Positions 37,588 through 48,118 of a stretch of DNA of 64,000 nt are shown one piece after another. The translations under genes were made by a program, and so were the position numbers. The notes under the pieces are model-generated. The model did no database searches. It worked only from the letters and a program-made list of their open reading frames with translations, and had not been told where the DNA came from. The DNA comes from a virus, in the IMG/VR virus record IMGVR_UViG_3300028840_002691, positions 1 to 64,000 of that record. One strand, 5' to 3'. Numbering within the stretch: the stretch's first letter is position 1; every line of letters starts with the position of its first letter.

Positions 37588-39204
37588 ATGAGCAAACCGT
37601 TATCGGTGTTGTTGCAGTTGGTGGGGCTGGTCTGGGTGGTGTGGGCGGCAGAGATGCAACCTGAAGAAGTGGCAGAGGTGAGGGAATGGCTAGGGTGAAG
37701 TTCCCACTGTGGCGCGAGTTGACATCAGTTGGTACAGCGAGCAGCACACCTTCTGGACTCATGCTAAGACTGAGGTGAGCGCCAAATGGCGCGCAGCATC
37801 CAAACTGGCCAAGCTGCTGGGCTGGGGACCTGGTGCTGTGTTCGCTAAGATGGAGACTGGCAGTGGGCCTGTACAATGCGAATGTTTTAAGAAGGAGAAG
37901 GAGGACATGAAATGCCTGTAACCGTAGTCGTTGGCGGCCAATTTGGTTCGGAAGGCAAGGGCAAAGTCGCCCACTACCTTGCCAAAGAGATGAATGCCTC
38001 TGTGGCTATCCGATGCGGTGGGCCAAATTCGGGTCATACGGTCATCGATCCAAATGGCGAGCCAATCATTTTTCAACAACTCCCCGCAGCCTCAATACTG
38101 CCTGATATCAACATTGTCCTTTGTGCCGGCTCCTATATAGACATAGATATCTTAACAAAGGAAATCGAAATAGCTGGATTGAGTCCGGATCGTTTGTGGA
38201 TCGATCCCAACGCCATTGTCATTACCCCCGCAATGAAAAAGGCTGAGCAGCATGCAGGCCTGATGGATTCCATCGGTTCGACGGGTAGCGGAACAGGCGA
38301 GGCTGTTATACAAAGAATTCGGAGAGAAAATCTGCGGTTACTTGCCGAATCGTTTCCCGACCTCACTCCTTTGGTCAAAGAAACCAAACCTTTTCTGAGA
38401 TGCTATCTCGAAAATAGAGAGAGGATTATCATTGAAGGAACGCAAGGTTTTGGCCTTTCTCTACTGCATTCGCAACATTATCCTTATGTCACTAGTCGCG
38501 ACACAACAGCGGCAGCATTTGTATCTGAGGCTGGCTTGAGTCCCTTAGATGTTGATGATGTGGTGCTGACTATTAGAGCATTACCGATACGCGTGGCTGG
38601 AAATTCAGGCCCATTAGCGGATGAAATCGATTGGGAGACGGTCACTGTGGAAGGCGGTGGTAGTCAACTCATCGAAGAGATAACAAGTGTTACAAAATGC
38701 GTTCGCAGAGTCGGCAGATTTAATCCGGAAGTTGTGCGGACAGCTATTGAGGTTAATAGGCCAACAAGAATCGTGCTCAATCATCTTGATTGCATAGATT
38801 GGAGTGCGAGATCCGAAGGACCGACTTTCAAAATCCTTCAGTTTGTTAAACAGGTGAATTCTCTCATCGGACGGTCTGTCGACTATTGTGGTTATGGTCC
38901 AAGTTCAGATGCTCTCCAAGCCTCAGCCATTTGGCTTCGAAACTAATGTCCTCTTAAGGACAAATCATAAAATAAGGCGGACATTGCCATGAATACCGTT
39001 TTAAACGATTTAGATTATGCCAAAGACACAATAGCTGCTCTGGAGAGCGCCGTCAACAAGTTAGGCACGAAAACCAGTTGGGTGGTGTGGGCGGCAGGCG
39101 TGTTCGGCAATGGGCACATTGTCAAGGGCATTTGGTACGTGGCAGTGGGTTTGGGGTTTGTGGCTGTTGGGGGCATAGGGTTCCGGAGGAGGATAAAGAG
39201 GTGA
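37588..39204 (+). pseudogene. Small membrane-protein gene interrupted by a ~1.4-kb insertion
   Basis: MSKPLSVLLQLVGLV-WVVWAA (37588) resumes as WVVWAA-GVFGNG..RRRIKR (to 39204); 19-bp direct repeat at 37633-37651 and 39079-39097. Confidence 0.55.
37912..38946 (+). CDS. Adenylosuccinate synthetase homolog of PurZ0/PurZ type
   Basis: GGQFGSEGKG (Ser replaces PurA Asp), GPNSGHT, EGTQG, YPYVTSRD, PIRVAGNSGPL, NHLD; short 344-aa form. Confidence 0.8.
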   Translation: MPVTVVVGGQFGSEGKGKVAHYLAKEMNASVAIRCGGPNSGHTVIDPNGEPIIFQQLPAASILPDINIVLCAGSYIDIDILTKEIEIAGLSPDRLWIDPNAIVITPAMKKAEQHAGLMDSIGSTGSGTGEAVIQRIRRENLRLLAESFPDLTPLVKETKPFLRCYLENRERIIIEGTQGFGLSLLHSQHYPYVTSRDTTAAAFVSEAGLSPLDVDDVVLTIRALPIRVAGNSGPLADEIDWETVTVEGGGSQLIEEITSVTKCVRRVGRFNPEVVRTAIEVNRPTRIVLNHLDCIDWSARSEGPTFKILQFVKQVNSLIGRSVDYCGYGPSSDALQASAIWLRN

Positions 39205-39354
39205 AGCGCAAGAACAGAAGCCGAAAGAGCAGAAAGCACCGCAGCCACGTGAACGGGCCACGGGGCAGCAACCTGTTCCTGGAGCGTCTGGTGGCTAAGT
39301 TGGCTCGCCGAGAGCGTTATCTGATGAAACAAAAGAAAAGGAGGCAACAACAAA

Positions 39355-39615
39355 ATGAAAAAGCTAATTGAATGTGCTGACAAAGAAGGCTTGGAAAAGT
39401 TAGTGGGGGAACGTATTACCCTGTTTTGCATGAACTACATCTATACAGGCAAACTTGTGGGTATCAATGACAACTGTGTGCTGCTCAAAGGCCCTGCTAT
39501 AGTGTATGAGACAGGACCGTTTTCAGAAAAGGACTGGAAGGATGCCCAGTTTTTGCCTAACGATGAGTGGTATGTGATGCTTTCTGCGGTTGAGAGTTTT
39601 GGGGTGATGAAATGA
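39355..39615 (+). CDS. Small phage protein, possible Sm/LSm-like fold
   Basis: LVGERITLFC..YTGKLVGINDNCVLL resembles the Sm1 motif. Confidence 0.55.
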   Translation: MKKLIECADKEGLEKLVGERITLFCMNYIYTGKLVGINDNCVLLKGPAIVYETGPFSEKDWKDAQFLPNDEWYVMLSAVESFGVMK

Positions 39616-39767
39616 TAAGAAGTAAAAGACAAAAGCGGTCTTGGTCTTGGTCTGGGTCTCGGTCTCGGTCTTGGTCTTGGTCTGGGTCTCGGTCTCGGTC
39701 TGGGTCTTGGTCTGGGTCTGGGTCTTGGTCTGGGTCTCGGTCTCGGTCTTGGTCTTGGTCTTGCTAA
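39612..39767 (+). CDS. 51-aa (R/W/G)-Ser dipeptide-repeat peptide; absent from ORF track
   Basis: ATGA-coupled: MIRSKRQK-RSWSWSGSRSRSWSWSGSRSRSGSWSGSGSWSGSRSRSWSWS-C. Confidence 0.6.
   Translation: MIRSKRQKRSWSWSGSRSRSWSWSGSRSRSGSWSGSGSWSGSRSRSWSWSC
39636..39761 (+). repeat. Hexamer tandem repeat (NGGTCT)21
   Basis: GGTCT invariant; first base T, C or G, never A. Confidence 0.95.
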
Positions 39768-39819
39768 AAATAAATACAAAAACAATACAGAAACACCCTA
39801 AAAAGAAGGTCAAAAGAAT

Positions 39820-40419
39820 ATGCCGAAGAAAAAAGAAATAAAACGCCGTAAGCCAGGCACCACAATGGATCGCAGAAAAAAGAACCCAGGCCGACCGAGT
39901 TTAATTGACCTGGAGGAGTTGACCGACGAAATGAGAGCGCTGGCGAAGTTGAAAGCCAGAGGGGTGAGCGACAAGTACATTCGGGAGCGCCTCAACCTCA
40001 GCAAGTACAAGGTGACCACCTATCTGGGACACCCGCTGGTGCAGGAGAAGATCCACGAGTACGCCCAAGAGGCCCAGGAGGAGGACATTGAGCGTTTCTG
40101 CCGCAAGCACGACGAGGCCCTGGACCACCTTATGGACAGCCTTATACGGCAGGCCGATGAGGACAAAGTGTCGCCTACAACCATAAAGGGCTTCATGGAT
40201 GACAAGATAGCCAGCTTCAAGCTCAAGGACCCCGAGGAGCAAGAGACGCAGACACTGCAGATCACGGCCACAAAGAAGAGGATGATCACGGGGGACATAA
40301 CGCCGGAGGAGAGAAAGCGGCTGCTGCCAGCGGACGCGGTGATACCGGAGGACACAGACGAGCCACTGGACGCCGAGTTCGAGGAAGAAGAAGGGACAGA
40401 AGACGATGAAGGCGATTAG
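39820..40419 (+). CDS. Putative terminase small subunit / HTH protein
   Basis: PGRPS, HTH-like segment, helical middle, acidic tail; upstream of TerL. Confidence 0.5.
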   Translation: MPKKKEIKRRKPGTTMDRRKKNPGRPSLIDLEELTDEMRALAKLKARGVSDKYIRERLNLSKYKVTTYLGHPLVQEKIHEYAQEAQEEDIERFCRKHDEALDHLMDSLIRQADEDKVSPTTIKGFMDDKIASFKLKDPEEQETQTLQITATKKRMITGDITPEERKRLLPADAVIPEDTDEPLDAEFEEEEGTEDDEGD

Positions 40420-40702
40420 ACTGGGCACCACGGAGCACGGAGTATTCCTAAGCCAGACAAAACGGCAGAGGGAAAAGAACCTCTTCCGCATACAGGTGAC
40501 AGAGGCAGGCACAGAACGGATAAGGGCGGTGTGGCCGGTGGAGATGCTGGTGTCTGTGTTGGTGCTGATCAGCAGGCAGCCAGGTTCACTAAAGGAAACA
40601 ATGCGGGAGATGCTGGAGGTGACCACGGAGGTGGGCTGCTGGGGGAGGATAGCCGCCATACTTCAAGATCCAGAAATCAGGCGGCTGAACTGGGATGAAT
40701 AG
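40406..40702 (+). CDS. Hypothetical protein
   Basis: Coupled ORF. Confidence 0.45.
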   Translation: MKAIRLGTTEHGVFLSQTKRQREKNLFRIQVTEAGTERIRAVWPVEMLVSVLVLISRQPGSLKETMREMLEVTTEVGCWGRIAAILQDPEIRRLNWDE

Positions 40703-42516
40703 GGAGATTAAAATAAATATAGGCTTCGGTTTGTGCCTGGCCACCATGATTAGCGGTGCGTTTACTATTCTCAATCTATGGTGGTTTGTGCCCACCTGTG
40801 TACTGGCTCTAGTTACAAGGCAGTACGTTAGGGCACAGTGTACGGGAAAGAAAAGAGAAGGGAGGAGCAGCAAAGAGGACAAAGGAAGAGGGTGTGACAT
40901 TGGATAAGGCAATGGATGGGTTGGAGGAGAAGAAGGCTAAGTATCTGTTTATGGCTAACTGTGTATATCAATAGTGCTGGGCTATGTGCAGAAGTCTATT
41001 ATGTACAAGCTGAAGGAGGAGGCACTGGATAGGTATGATCCTTATCGAGATATGTAGAGAATGTTGGGGAATAAAATAAAGAGGGAGGACTAAAGAGATG
41101 ACGTTCACAATTTGGGCAGCGGCACTACTGGCTCTGCTACTTGTCGGGGTGCCGTTTGCGGTGTGGTTGGTATATGTGTTGGATGATGACAATGATCCAG
41201 GGCAGGTACACGGATTCGATTGTTGAGAATGTGCAGGGAAAAGAAAGGAGAACTGAAAGAGAGATGACACTACTGGAGTGGATAGCGGCAGGGGATGTGT
41301 TCTGGATGGCTTTCTGGCTGGGGTTTCTGCTGTAAAAGGAGAACAGATATGAGCTACGCCTGACTGAGGAAGGACAAAGAGAGAGAGAAGGCAGGCCAGA
41401 AACAGAAGGAAGAACCGCAGTGACAAAGAGGGAAGGGGGCTAAGAGATAGTGCTAACACAATAGCAGTGGTAATGATAGCAGTGTGCTGCTCTGGGGTAT
41501 TATGGGGACACGCTGATGGCCCTGTTGGTGATGATTAGGTTGGGTTTGTTGTAGTGAGTAGAAATATAAAAGGGGATAGGGTAGAAATGAACTGGGTTCT
41601 GGGTGCTGATATCTGTGGGCGGATCTGGCCATGACCCACACAGCCCAACCCCCACCCCTCAACCAGCAGGAAGAAGGGGAACCAAGAATGCCGACGAACA
41701 CAGAAACAGAAGGTAAGGAGTCCAGGGTAGTGGTGGTGCCGGACATCAGGTGCTCAGAGTGCGGTGGGCAGTTGAGTTATAGTGCTGTGTTCCGCAGAGG
41801 AGTCTGGACCCTGGAGGTGGACCCCTGCCAGCGCTGTGTTCAGAAGTCTTATAAAGAAGGTCAGGTGTCGTGGGGAGCGCCCTGGAATGGATAGTCTGAG
41901 GTGTTTTGGTTGGGGGAGGCTTTGTGGTGGATCTGTGCGTTTGGTCTTGGTGTCTGTTTGCTGGTGCTGATGTGGGGAGAATGAGTGGGCACGGGGTTGG
42001 GGGGCGGGGTGTTGGAAAACTTTTGACGGTCGGCGGGCCTGGGTGGGGGAGGTTGAATTTGCAGAATTTGAATTTTTTTGCTTAAACCCCAAAAACTGAA
42101 AATATAATATAGGAATTTTTTTGACAGAAAAAGGGAGGACTCAAAAAGATGAAAACAACAGCCTCAGTATAGGGAGAGGGACTTGAGGACACGATGACTA
42201 CCTCCGAAAAACTCTACCTACTGCTCTGGTACCTGAACAGGGAACTGCGTCTCAGGGTTGCCGTATGGTGGTCTGAGTATCGGTGGGCTGTTGTGCTGGT
42301 GGTTCACTCTTTTTCTTTCTGTAGACTTTCTGCTTTTTCTCTATTCATAAACCTGCTGCCACAGAGTGGAGGTTGTGACACTATGAAAGAAGCGCTCAAA
42401 ATCATTTTATCGGTTTTCGTGTTCATCATTCTTCTGCCGCTGTGGGTGGTGGTGTGGCTGCTGTTCAGCTACGACCTCCACTGGCACCTGACTAGGGAAG
42501 GAGGGCTGTACAGGAG

Positions 42517-42795
42517 ATGACCACCTGGCAGGACCTGGTCAACGGCACCTTTGAACTGAGCGGTGGGGCGTTCATACTGATGAGCATACTCAGAGTTTTG
42601 AAGGACAAAGCGGTGCATGGCGTCAACTGGGTGCACCCGGCGTTTTTCAGCGCCTGGGGCTTCTGGAACCTCTACTACTACCCGCACCTGGGCCAGTGGC
42701 TCAGCTTCTGGGGTGGAGCTGGAGTGGTCACCGCCAACACCGTGTGGGTCATTTTGCTGATTCGGTACAGGGGGAGGGAAAATGATGAGTATTGA
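42517..42795 (+). CDS. Small 3-TM membrane protein, PQ-loop/SemiSWEET-like
   Basis: Three hydrophobic helices; ILRVLKDKAVHGVNW resembles the K-S-x-G-V-S loop. Confidence 0.5.
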   Translation: MTTWQDLVNGTFELSGGAFILMSILRVLKDKAVHGVNWVHPAFFSAWGFWNLYYYPHLGQWLSFWGGAGVVTANTVWVILLIRYRGRENDEY

Positions 42796-43012
42796 AGAAG
42801 TCCTAGAACAAATGCGCTACATAGACTGCAAATACTACCAGAGCAATTTCCGAGATTTTGATGGTTGCCCAGGTTTAGACTATGCTGGGGATGATGAGGA
42901 CTGTGGTGACTGCCCCTACAGGCTGTTCAAAGTTCAATCAGCACCAGAAAGAGGGTCTGGGCGGCTGATGTGATATTAGTGTAGTGATCTAGCAAGGATG
43001 ACGGATTAGAAA

Positions 43013-43276
43013 ATGACCCCAGAAGAGCAACAGCTCATGGAGTTCATACGGGATGTGGTCACAGAGAACATCAAGCTCCACCTGCGCGAGATCGTGAAGC
43101 TCACCATCGAAAAAGGGGCCGAGGAAATGAGCAAAGCCGTGCACGAGAACTACACCGCACACCTGGAGAACCTGCTGGGCCGATTGGAGATGCTGGAGCT
43201 GCAGGTGCGCCAGCTCCAGAGCATCATCGACCAGGAGGCAAAAGAAGAGTTCCGGAGGTACTACAAGCTGCAATGA
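43013..43276 (+). CDS. Coiled-coil protein coupled to TerL
   Basis: ATGA overlap with TerL. Confidence 0.6.
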   Translation: MTPEEQQLMEFIRDVVTENIKLHLREIVKLTIEKGAEEMSKAVHENYTAHLENLLGRLEMLELQVRQLQSIIDQEAKEEFRRYYKLQ

Positions 43277-44964
43277 GAGACAAACCCACAGACGAGCTAA
43301 TAGGCTTTCTAATCAGCTATATGAAGAGGCCGCCCACCGATGCCCGTGACCGCAGCGTGCTCAACTCGGCCATCGGAGCATTTTACAGCCGTGAGGTCAC
43401 CGCCGGAGAGCTGAAAGCCCTGTGGAACGCTTTCGGCGAGCACGGCATTTATCATTCTGATCTGTTGCACTTCTACATACGGGTGTTCCTGGGCTACGAC
43501 ATACCGCGCAAGAGGTTCTGCCGTCAGCACATTGCTCCCTTTACCTTCATAGAGCAGATGTTCTTTGAGCGAGTGAGGAACGCCATCGCCTTCGCCAATC
43601 GCACGGGGGGCAAGACCATCAACGTGGCCATTCTCAACCACCTGAACATGCGCTTCAAGCCGGAGTGCGAGATAGCCTCCGCGGGGGCCATTCAGGCGCA
43701 GGCCGACCGCATGTACGGGTACTTCCAGAGCTTCCACAAGGGGGAGCTGTTTGCCCCGCTGCTGGACGGCGACATGACCAAGAGTAGGAGCTTTTACCAG
43801 AACGGCTCAAAGATAGAGATCATCACGGGCAGCGTCAAGGGCCTAAACAGCCCCCATCCGCACAAGGCAATCATAGACGAGGTGGAGCTGATGGACTGGG
43901 CCGTGCTGCAGGAGGGCCTGAGCATGACTATCAGCTCCAAAGACATCATGGCGCAGCAGATCTTCTGCTCCACCCGCAAGTACGAGCTGGGCACCTTCCA
44001 GCGCTTATTAGACAAGGCCAAGAAGACCTCGGGTGAGCAGGGCTACGTCATATTCAAGTGGTGCATTTGGGAGATACTGGAGAAGTGCAGAAGGAAATGC
44101 AAAAAGGACCCGCGCTACGGCGACTGCCCCATTGAGCACGTCTGCCACGGCAGGGCGCACAAGTGTTCTGGTTTCTATGATCTTTCTGATTTCATAGATA
44201 AGGTGCTCACACTGGACAAGGACACTCTGGACGCGCAGTGGTTCAACCGTAGACCATCAAGGAGTCTGCTGGTCTACGGCGACTACTGGAACAAGGCAGT
44301 GCACTTTATACCCCGCAGGCAGATCCAGGGCACGGTGGTGAAGATCGCTTCCTTGGACTTCGGCTCCAGCCCAGGGCACGACTTCGTGTTTCAGGTGTGG
44401 GAGGTGGACGTAAGCAAACTAAAGGCCCAGCTGGAGGAGCTGGGGCCTGGAGAGATACCCACCGCCAAGCCTGTGTTCTACCTCACTTACGAGTACAGGG
44501 CCGGAGGCTCTCCGCTGGAGAACCATGCGCGGTGGATAAAGAGCTGTCCGTTTTGGGATGAGGACTTGATCATATTCGCCGACCCTTCGGCCAAGCAGCA
44601 GCGCCTGGACCTGGAGGCCACCTACGGCATCAGCACCTTTGAGGCCAACAACGCCGTGACCGCAGGCATAGACTCCGTGCGCAGCCACATGCAGATCCGT
44701 GGCGACAATGAGACCTACTTCTACATCTTCAACGACTACCTGGACAAGACCGATAAGAAGCTCAAGGGCACGCATGAGGAGTTCGCCCTTTACCGATACA
44801 AGATAACCCCAGACGGCAGGCCTGATCCCGAGAAGCCCATGCAGGTGAACGATCACGGCATGGACGCCACTCGGTACGCCATAGCCAGCGCCGTGCCCTA
44901 CTTTGTGGAGATGTTTACCCCAGTGTTTGAGGACATCGTTGAAGACGAGGAGTGGCCATTCTGA
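43273..44964 (+). CDS. terL: Terminase large subunit
   Basis: [37 protein letters not shown]; Cys-rich insert. Confidence 0.9.
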   Translation: MRDKPTDELIGFLISYMKRPPTDARDRSVLNSAIGAFYSREVTAGELKALWNAFGEHGIYHSDLLHFYIRVFLGYDIPRKRFCRQHIAPFTFIEQMFFERVRNAIAFANRTGGKTINVAILNHLNMRFKPECEIASAGAIQAQADRMYGYFQSFHKGELFAPLLDGDMTKSRSFYQNGSKIEIITGSVKGLNSPHPHKAIIDEVELMDWAVLQEGLSMTISSKDIMAQQIFCSTRKYELGTFQRLLDKAKKTSGEQGYVIFKWCIWEILEKCRRKCKKDPRYGDCPIEHVCHGRAHKCSGFYDLSDFIDKVLTLDKDTLDAQWFNRRPSRSLLVYGDYWNKAVHFIPRRQIQGTVVKIASLDFGSSPGHDFVFQVWEVDVSKLKAQLEELGPGEIPTAKPVFYLTYEYRAGGSPLENHARWIKSCPFWDEDLIIFADPSAKQQRLDLEATYGISTFEANNAVTAGIDSVRSHMQIRGDNETYFYIFNDYLDKTDKKLKGTHEEFALYRYKITPDGRPDPEKPMQVNDHGMDATRYAIASAVPYFVEMFTPVFEDIVEDEEWPF

Positions 44965-45563
44965 TGAATGAAGAACTGAAAGCCGAGTGCGCAGAACTGA
45001 TCCGAAAGTACCAGTGCTACAAATATGAGTCTTACAAGGTGAGGTGTAGGAATGCGTTGTTTGTAAAAATGCAGCCTTGGATGACAAAGTGGATTAAGAA
45101 AATATGTGTCTCCTGGAATAAGCGCGAAACCAATGAGGAAGTGCTCTCTTTGAGTTGGGACGCCTTCTACTACTGTCTGGAAAACTACAAATGGGGTGGC
45201 AACAACATACCTGAACACTTTTACAAGTACACTCGCTATTGGATGCTCAACCACTACGCAGTGAAAGACACCGTGAGAGTACCGTTAGAGGAATTTGAGG
45301 AAATAATGAAACTGGCCGAAGAGCCAGCAACTAGAGCTTTTTCAATCTTGGCCAAGCTGCATAGGCTAAAGTTGGCGGTTCCTGAGAAGTACAGAGTGAT
45401 GTTGGATGATGCTCTCCTTTCTTTACATAATGAATCTGTTTATTCTAATAAAGGAAAGAAGTCAAAATGCCCAGGAGTTAGGAGTTCTGCGTATTATGAA
45501 ATAAAGGAGATTTTTAAAAGCATTATAACTACTTATGTATTAGGAATAAAGAAGACAAAATAG
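44964..45563 (+). CDS. Sigma70-like factor (region 2-like)
   Basis: RNALF..EEVLSLSWDAFYYCLENYK..FYKYTRYWMLN..TVRVP parallels sigma region 2 (FSTYATWWIRQ..TIRIP). Confidence 0.55.
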   Translation: MNEELKAECAELIRKYQCYKYESYKVRCRNALFVKMQPWMTKWIKKICVSWNKRETNEEVLSLSWDAFYYCLENYKWGGNNIPEHFYKYTRYWMLNHYAVKDTVRVPLEEFEEIMKLAEEPATRAFSILAKLHRLKLAVPEKYRVMLDDALLSLHNESVYSNKGKKSKCPGVRSSAYYEIKEIFKSIITTYVLGIKKTK

Positions 45564-45647
45564 GTAAACAGCGTTTTTTCTTTTATATTATCAAAAGAGG
45601 GTATTTCTTTTGGTATTTTTTTGTCCTAAGAGCAGGAAATGAAATAG

Positions 45648-47240
45648 ATGCTTAAAAACATAAAGGGATCACTCAAGCTCAGGCGTGCACAGAAGCAGCT
45701 TGAGCTGAAGCAAGCCGAGTACGCCACAAAGCAGTACGAGCTGGCTATTGAGCAAATTACCGAGGCCACCAACATAGTCCAGGACGAAGACCGCATGTCT
45801 GGGTGGTTTGCCCACGGAGAGAGCGGCAACGTCGGCATGAGCGTCGAGGAGCACAGCGACATGCTCCAGAACGCCTACAGGCTCTACCACAACAATCCGC
45901 ACGCCAGGGCCGTGGTGCGCAACCTTTCCAAGTTCATTCTGGGCAAGGGGCCGAACGTCATCCCCGAGGACGACAACGAGAGCAACCGCAAGAAGGCCCA
46001 GGAAGCCTGGACAGAGTTCCGCAAACTCAACAAGTTCAACCGCAGGGAAAAGGAACTGGTCAACCGCCTGTTCAGGGACGGAGAGGTGTTTCTGCGCTGC
46101 TTTGAGGACACTGCGGAAGGTGCTGTGAAGATCCGCTTTATCAGAGCAGACCTTGTAGCCGAACCACGAGACAAGAAGAACGTTATAAAGAACGGCTCCT
46201 TTGGCATCGTCACGGACCCAGACGACATCGAGGAGGTGCTCGGCTACATACGCTGCGACCGTGAGGGCAACTACAAGGAGCGGCTGAAACCTGAGGAAGT
46301 GATCCACATAAAGATCTTCTGCGACTCCGACCAGAAGCGCGGCGTGTCGGTCTACAGGGTCTGTGCCAAGCGCCTGAAGCAGTACGAGGAGTGGCTTGAG
46401 GATCGAGTGGTGCTGAACAAGATACGCAGCGCCATAGCACTGGTCAGGCAGATAGACAGCTCCGCAGCAAAGGTCAAGGCCATAAGGGACGAGAGCCTCA
46501 GTGACCAGTACTCCACAGGCAAGCGCCGAGTGCGAACTCCGCATCGAGGCACTGTGATCACTGCCTCCAAGGGCATAGAGTACAAAATGCTCACCCCGAA
46601 CATCAACGCCAGCGACTCCGCAGATGATGGCAAGGCCATACTGCTAGCGGTGGCCGCTGCGGTAGGGTTTCCTGAGCAGATACTCACTGGAGACTACTCT
46701 AACATCAATTACAGCTCCTCGCTGGTGGCGCAGAACCCGTTCGTGCGGGAGATAGAGGACTGGCAGGACTTCCTCAGCGACTTCTACACCGATATGTATG
46801 AGCGGGTGATCAAGGCGAAAATCAAAGCAAACAAACTCCCCAACAACACCAAGGCTACATGCAAGGTCGAGTTCCCGCCGATGATACTGGCCGAGCTGGA
46901 GAAGCTGGCCAAGGCTTATGAGATAATGTTCAAGTACAAGATCATCAGCAAGAAGACCTGGCGCGGCAAACAGGGCCTGGATGATGAGGTAGAGAGCCAG
47001 AACATCGAGGATGAGGAAGGCGATGAGGTCTACGGACAGCCGCCAGCAGGACACCCGAACCAGTACCCAATGGGCAGGCCTGGACCTGGCGGGCAGTTTA
47101 ACATGCCTTTGGCACCTATGAACCAACTCGGCAAAGCAGTTGTGCAACTTTGGGAGGCGTTTAGGAGGGAGGATTGGGACAAGGTGATAGAGATAGGGGA
47201 GGAGCTGAAAGGGACTGCCAATGCGGAGACTAATGAGTGA
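45648..47240 (+). CDS. Portal protein (lambda-like)
   Basis: NNPHARAVV, RDGEVF, EVIH, RGVS, LTGDYSNINYSSS; follows TerL. Confidence 0.88.
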   Translation: MLKNIKGSLKLRRAQKQLELKQAEYATKQYELAIEQITEATNIVQDEDRMSGWFAHGESGNVGMSVEEHSDMLQNAYRLYHNNPHARAVVRNLSKFILGKGPNVIPEDDNESNRKKAQEAWTEFRKLNKFNRREKELVNRLFRDGEVFLRCFEDTAEGAVKIRFIRADLVAEPRDKKNVIKNGSFGIVTDPDDIEEVLGYIRCDREGNYKERLKPEEVIHIKIFCDSDQKRGVSVYRVCAKRLKQYEEWLEDRVVLNKIRSAIALVRQIDSSAAKVKAIRDESLSDQYSTGKRRVRTPHRGTVITASKGIEYKMLTPNINASDSADDGKAILLAVAAAVGFPEQILTGDYSNINYSSSLVAQNPFVREIEDWQDFLSDFYTDMYERVIKAKIKANKLPNNTKATCKVEFPPMILAELEKLAKAYEIMFKYKIISKKTWRGKQGLDDEVESQNIEDEEGDEVYGQPPAGHPNQYPMGRPGPGGQFNMPLAPMNQLGKAVVQLWEAFRREDWDKVIEIGEELKGTANAETNE

Positions 47241-47317
47241 TGAAGCGATTGAGCTTCGTGCTGATGTTGAGAAGACTGCTGAAAGCTCTTTTCTGCCTAC
47301 GGAGGGAAAGACCACCA

Positions 47318-48013
47318 ATGGCTGCTACTGAATACTGCCCAGATCCAACCTGTGCTATTGATTTTTGGGCTTCTAAGGGGATTGGTTGGTCGCATGATGC
47401 TGCGAATAATGAGTTTGATTGTGATGGATCGATGCCAGGTTTTCCACCCGGTCTGACTACAACACTGAGTGTTTATAATCTTCCGACCGATGATAGCAAT
47501 GTAAATATTGGTGGTACGTTTAGGACAGAGTTTACAGTCAGGAATTATGTTTCTGGGACTATATGGTTTGAAATAGCAGCGGAGGACGGAACTGTTCGGT
47601 CAGCCAATGGCACTTATATTGAAGACATAACAGACCCTGGTGGTAGACGCTATGGTTTTTGGGGTATTACCGGAGATGGTGATTTTGTAGGCAGTATCAC
47701 TAATATCCACATTCAACTTTACTCTGAACTGTACGGCTGTGACACGGAGTCAGATGTTGGTCGACTACGGTTGCTGACTGGGTTGTGTAGAGGCAGTGAG
47801 GTCGAACTCTTCACGAACGAGGAGCTGGAGCAGGTGCTTTCTATCAGTGATGATGATATTGATATGGCTGCTGCTGCAGTAATGGCCAGCAAGGCAGCCA
47901 GAAGGGCAGAAAGTACTTGCAGTTTGTCTTTGGGCAAGCAGGATCTTGACGTTGATAGGTGCACGTCAACAGAGCAAATGATAAAGACAAGGAAGCAGTT
48001 TTTTGATAAATGA
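47318..48013 (+). CDS. Beta-rich domain fused to a head-tail-adaptor-like domain
   Basis: C-terminal DVGRLRLL..FTNEEL..LSLGKQDLDVDR aligns with 62020 ORF DEGRLRIL..FEDADL..LGLGKTDIYVDK. Confidence 0.55.
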   Translation: MAATEYCPDPTCAIDFWASKGIGWSHDAANNEFDCDGSMPGFPPGLTTTLSVYNLPTDDSNVNIGGTFRTEFTVRNYVSGTIWFEIAAEDGTVRSANGTYIEDITDPGGRRYGFWGITGDGDFVGSITNIHIQLYSELYGCDTESDVGRLRLLTGLCRGSEVELFTNEELEQVLSISDDDIDMAAAAVMASKAARRAESTCSLSLGKQDLDVDRCTSTEQMIKTRKQFFDK

Positions 48014-48118
48014 ATCTGATGATTGTTGATGGGACGGAGACTTGTCTGGTGTGATACAGGGCTTTGGCTGAGCGGATGACAGGCACATATCCTAAAGTGT
48101 AAACAGAGAGGGGGAATA

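Noticed and set aside
39441-39841. Poly-RP, KT/ET/QT and VL/VW/VS ORFs over the hexamer repeat
   Set aside because: Stop-free shadows of the repeat; only the ATGA-coupled + frame 39612-39767 fits the operon.
40900-41990. Several short ORFs in the purine-rich stretch
   Set aside because: Short, fragmented and motif-less; not supportable as individual genes.
42121-42126. TTGACA as a sigma70 -35 box
   Set aside because: No -10 element at 16-18 bp downstream; the TATAAT lies upstream of it.
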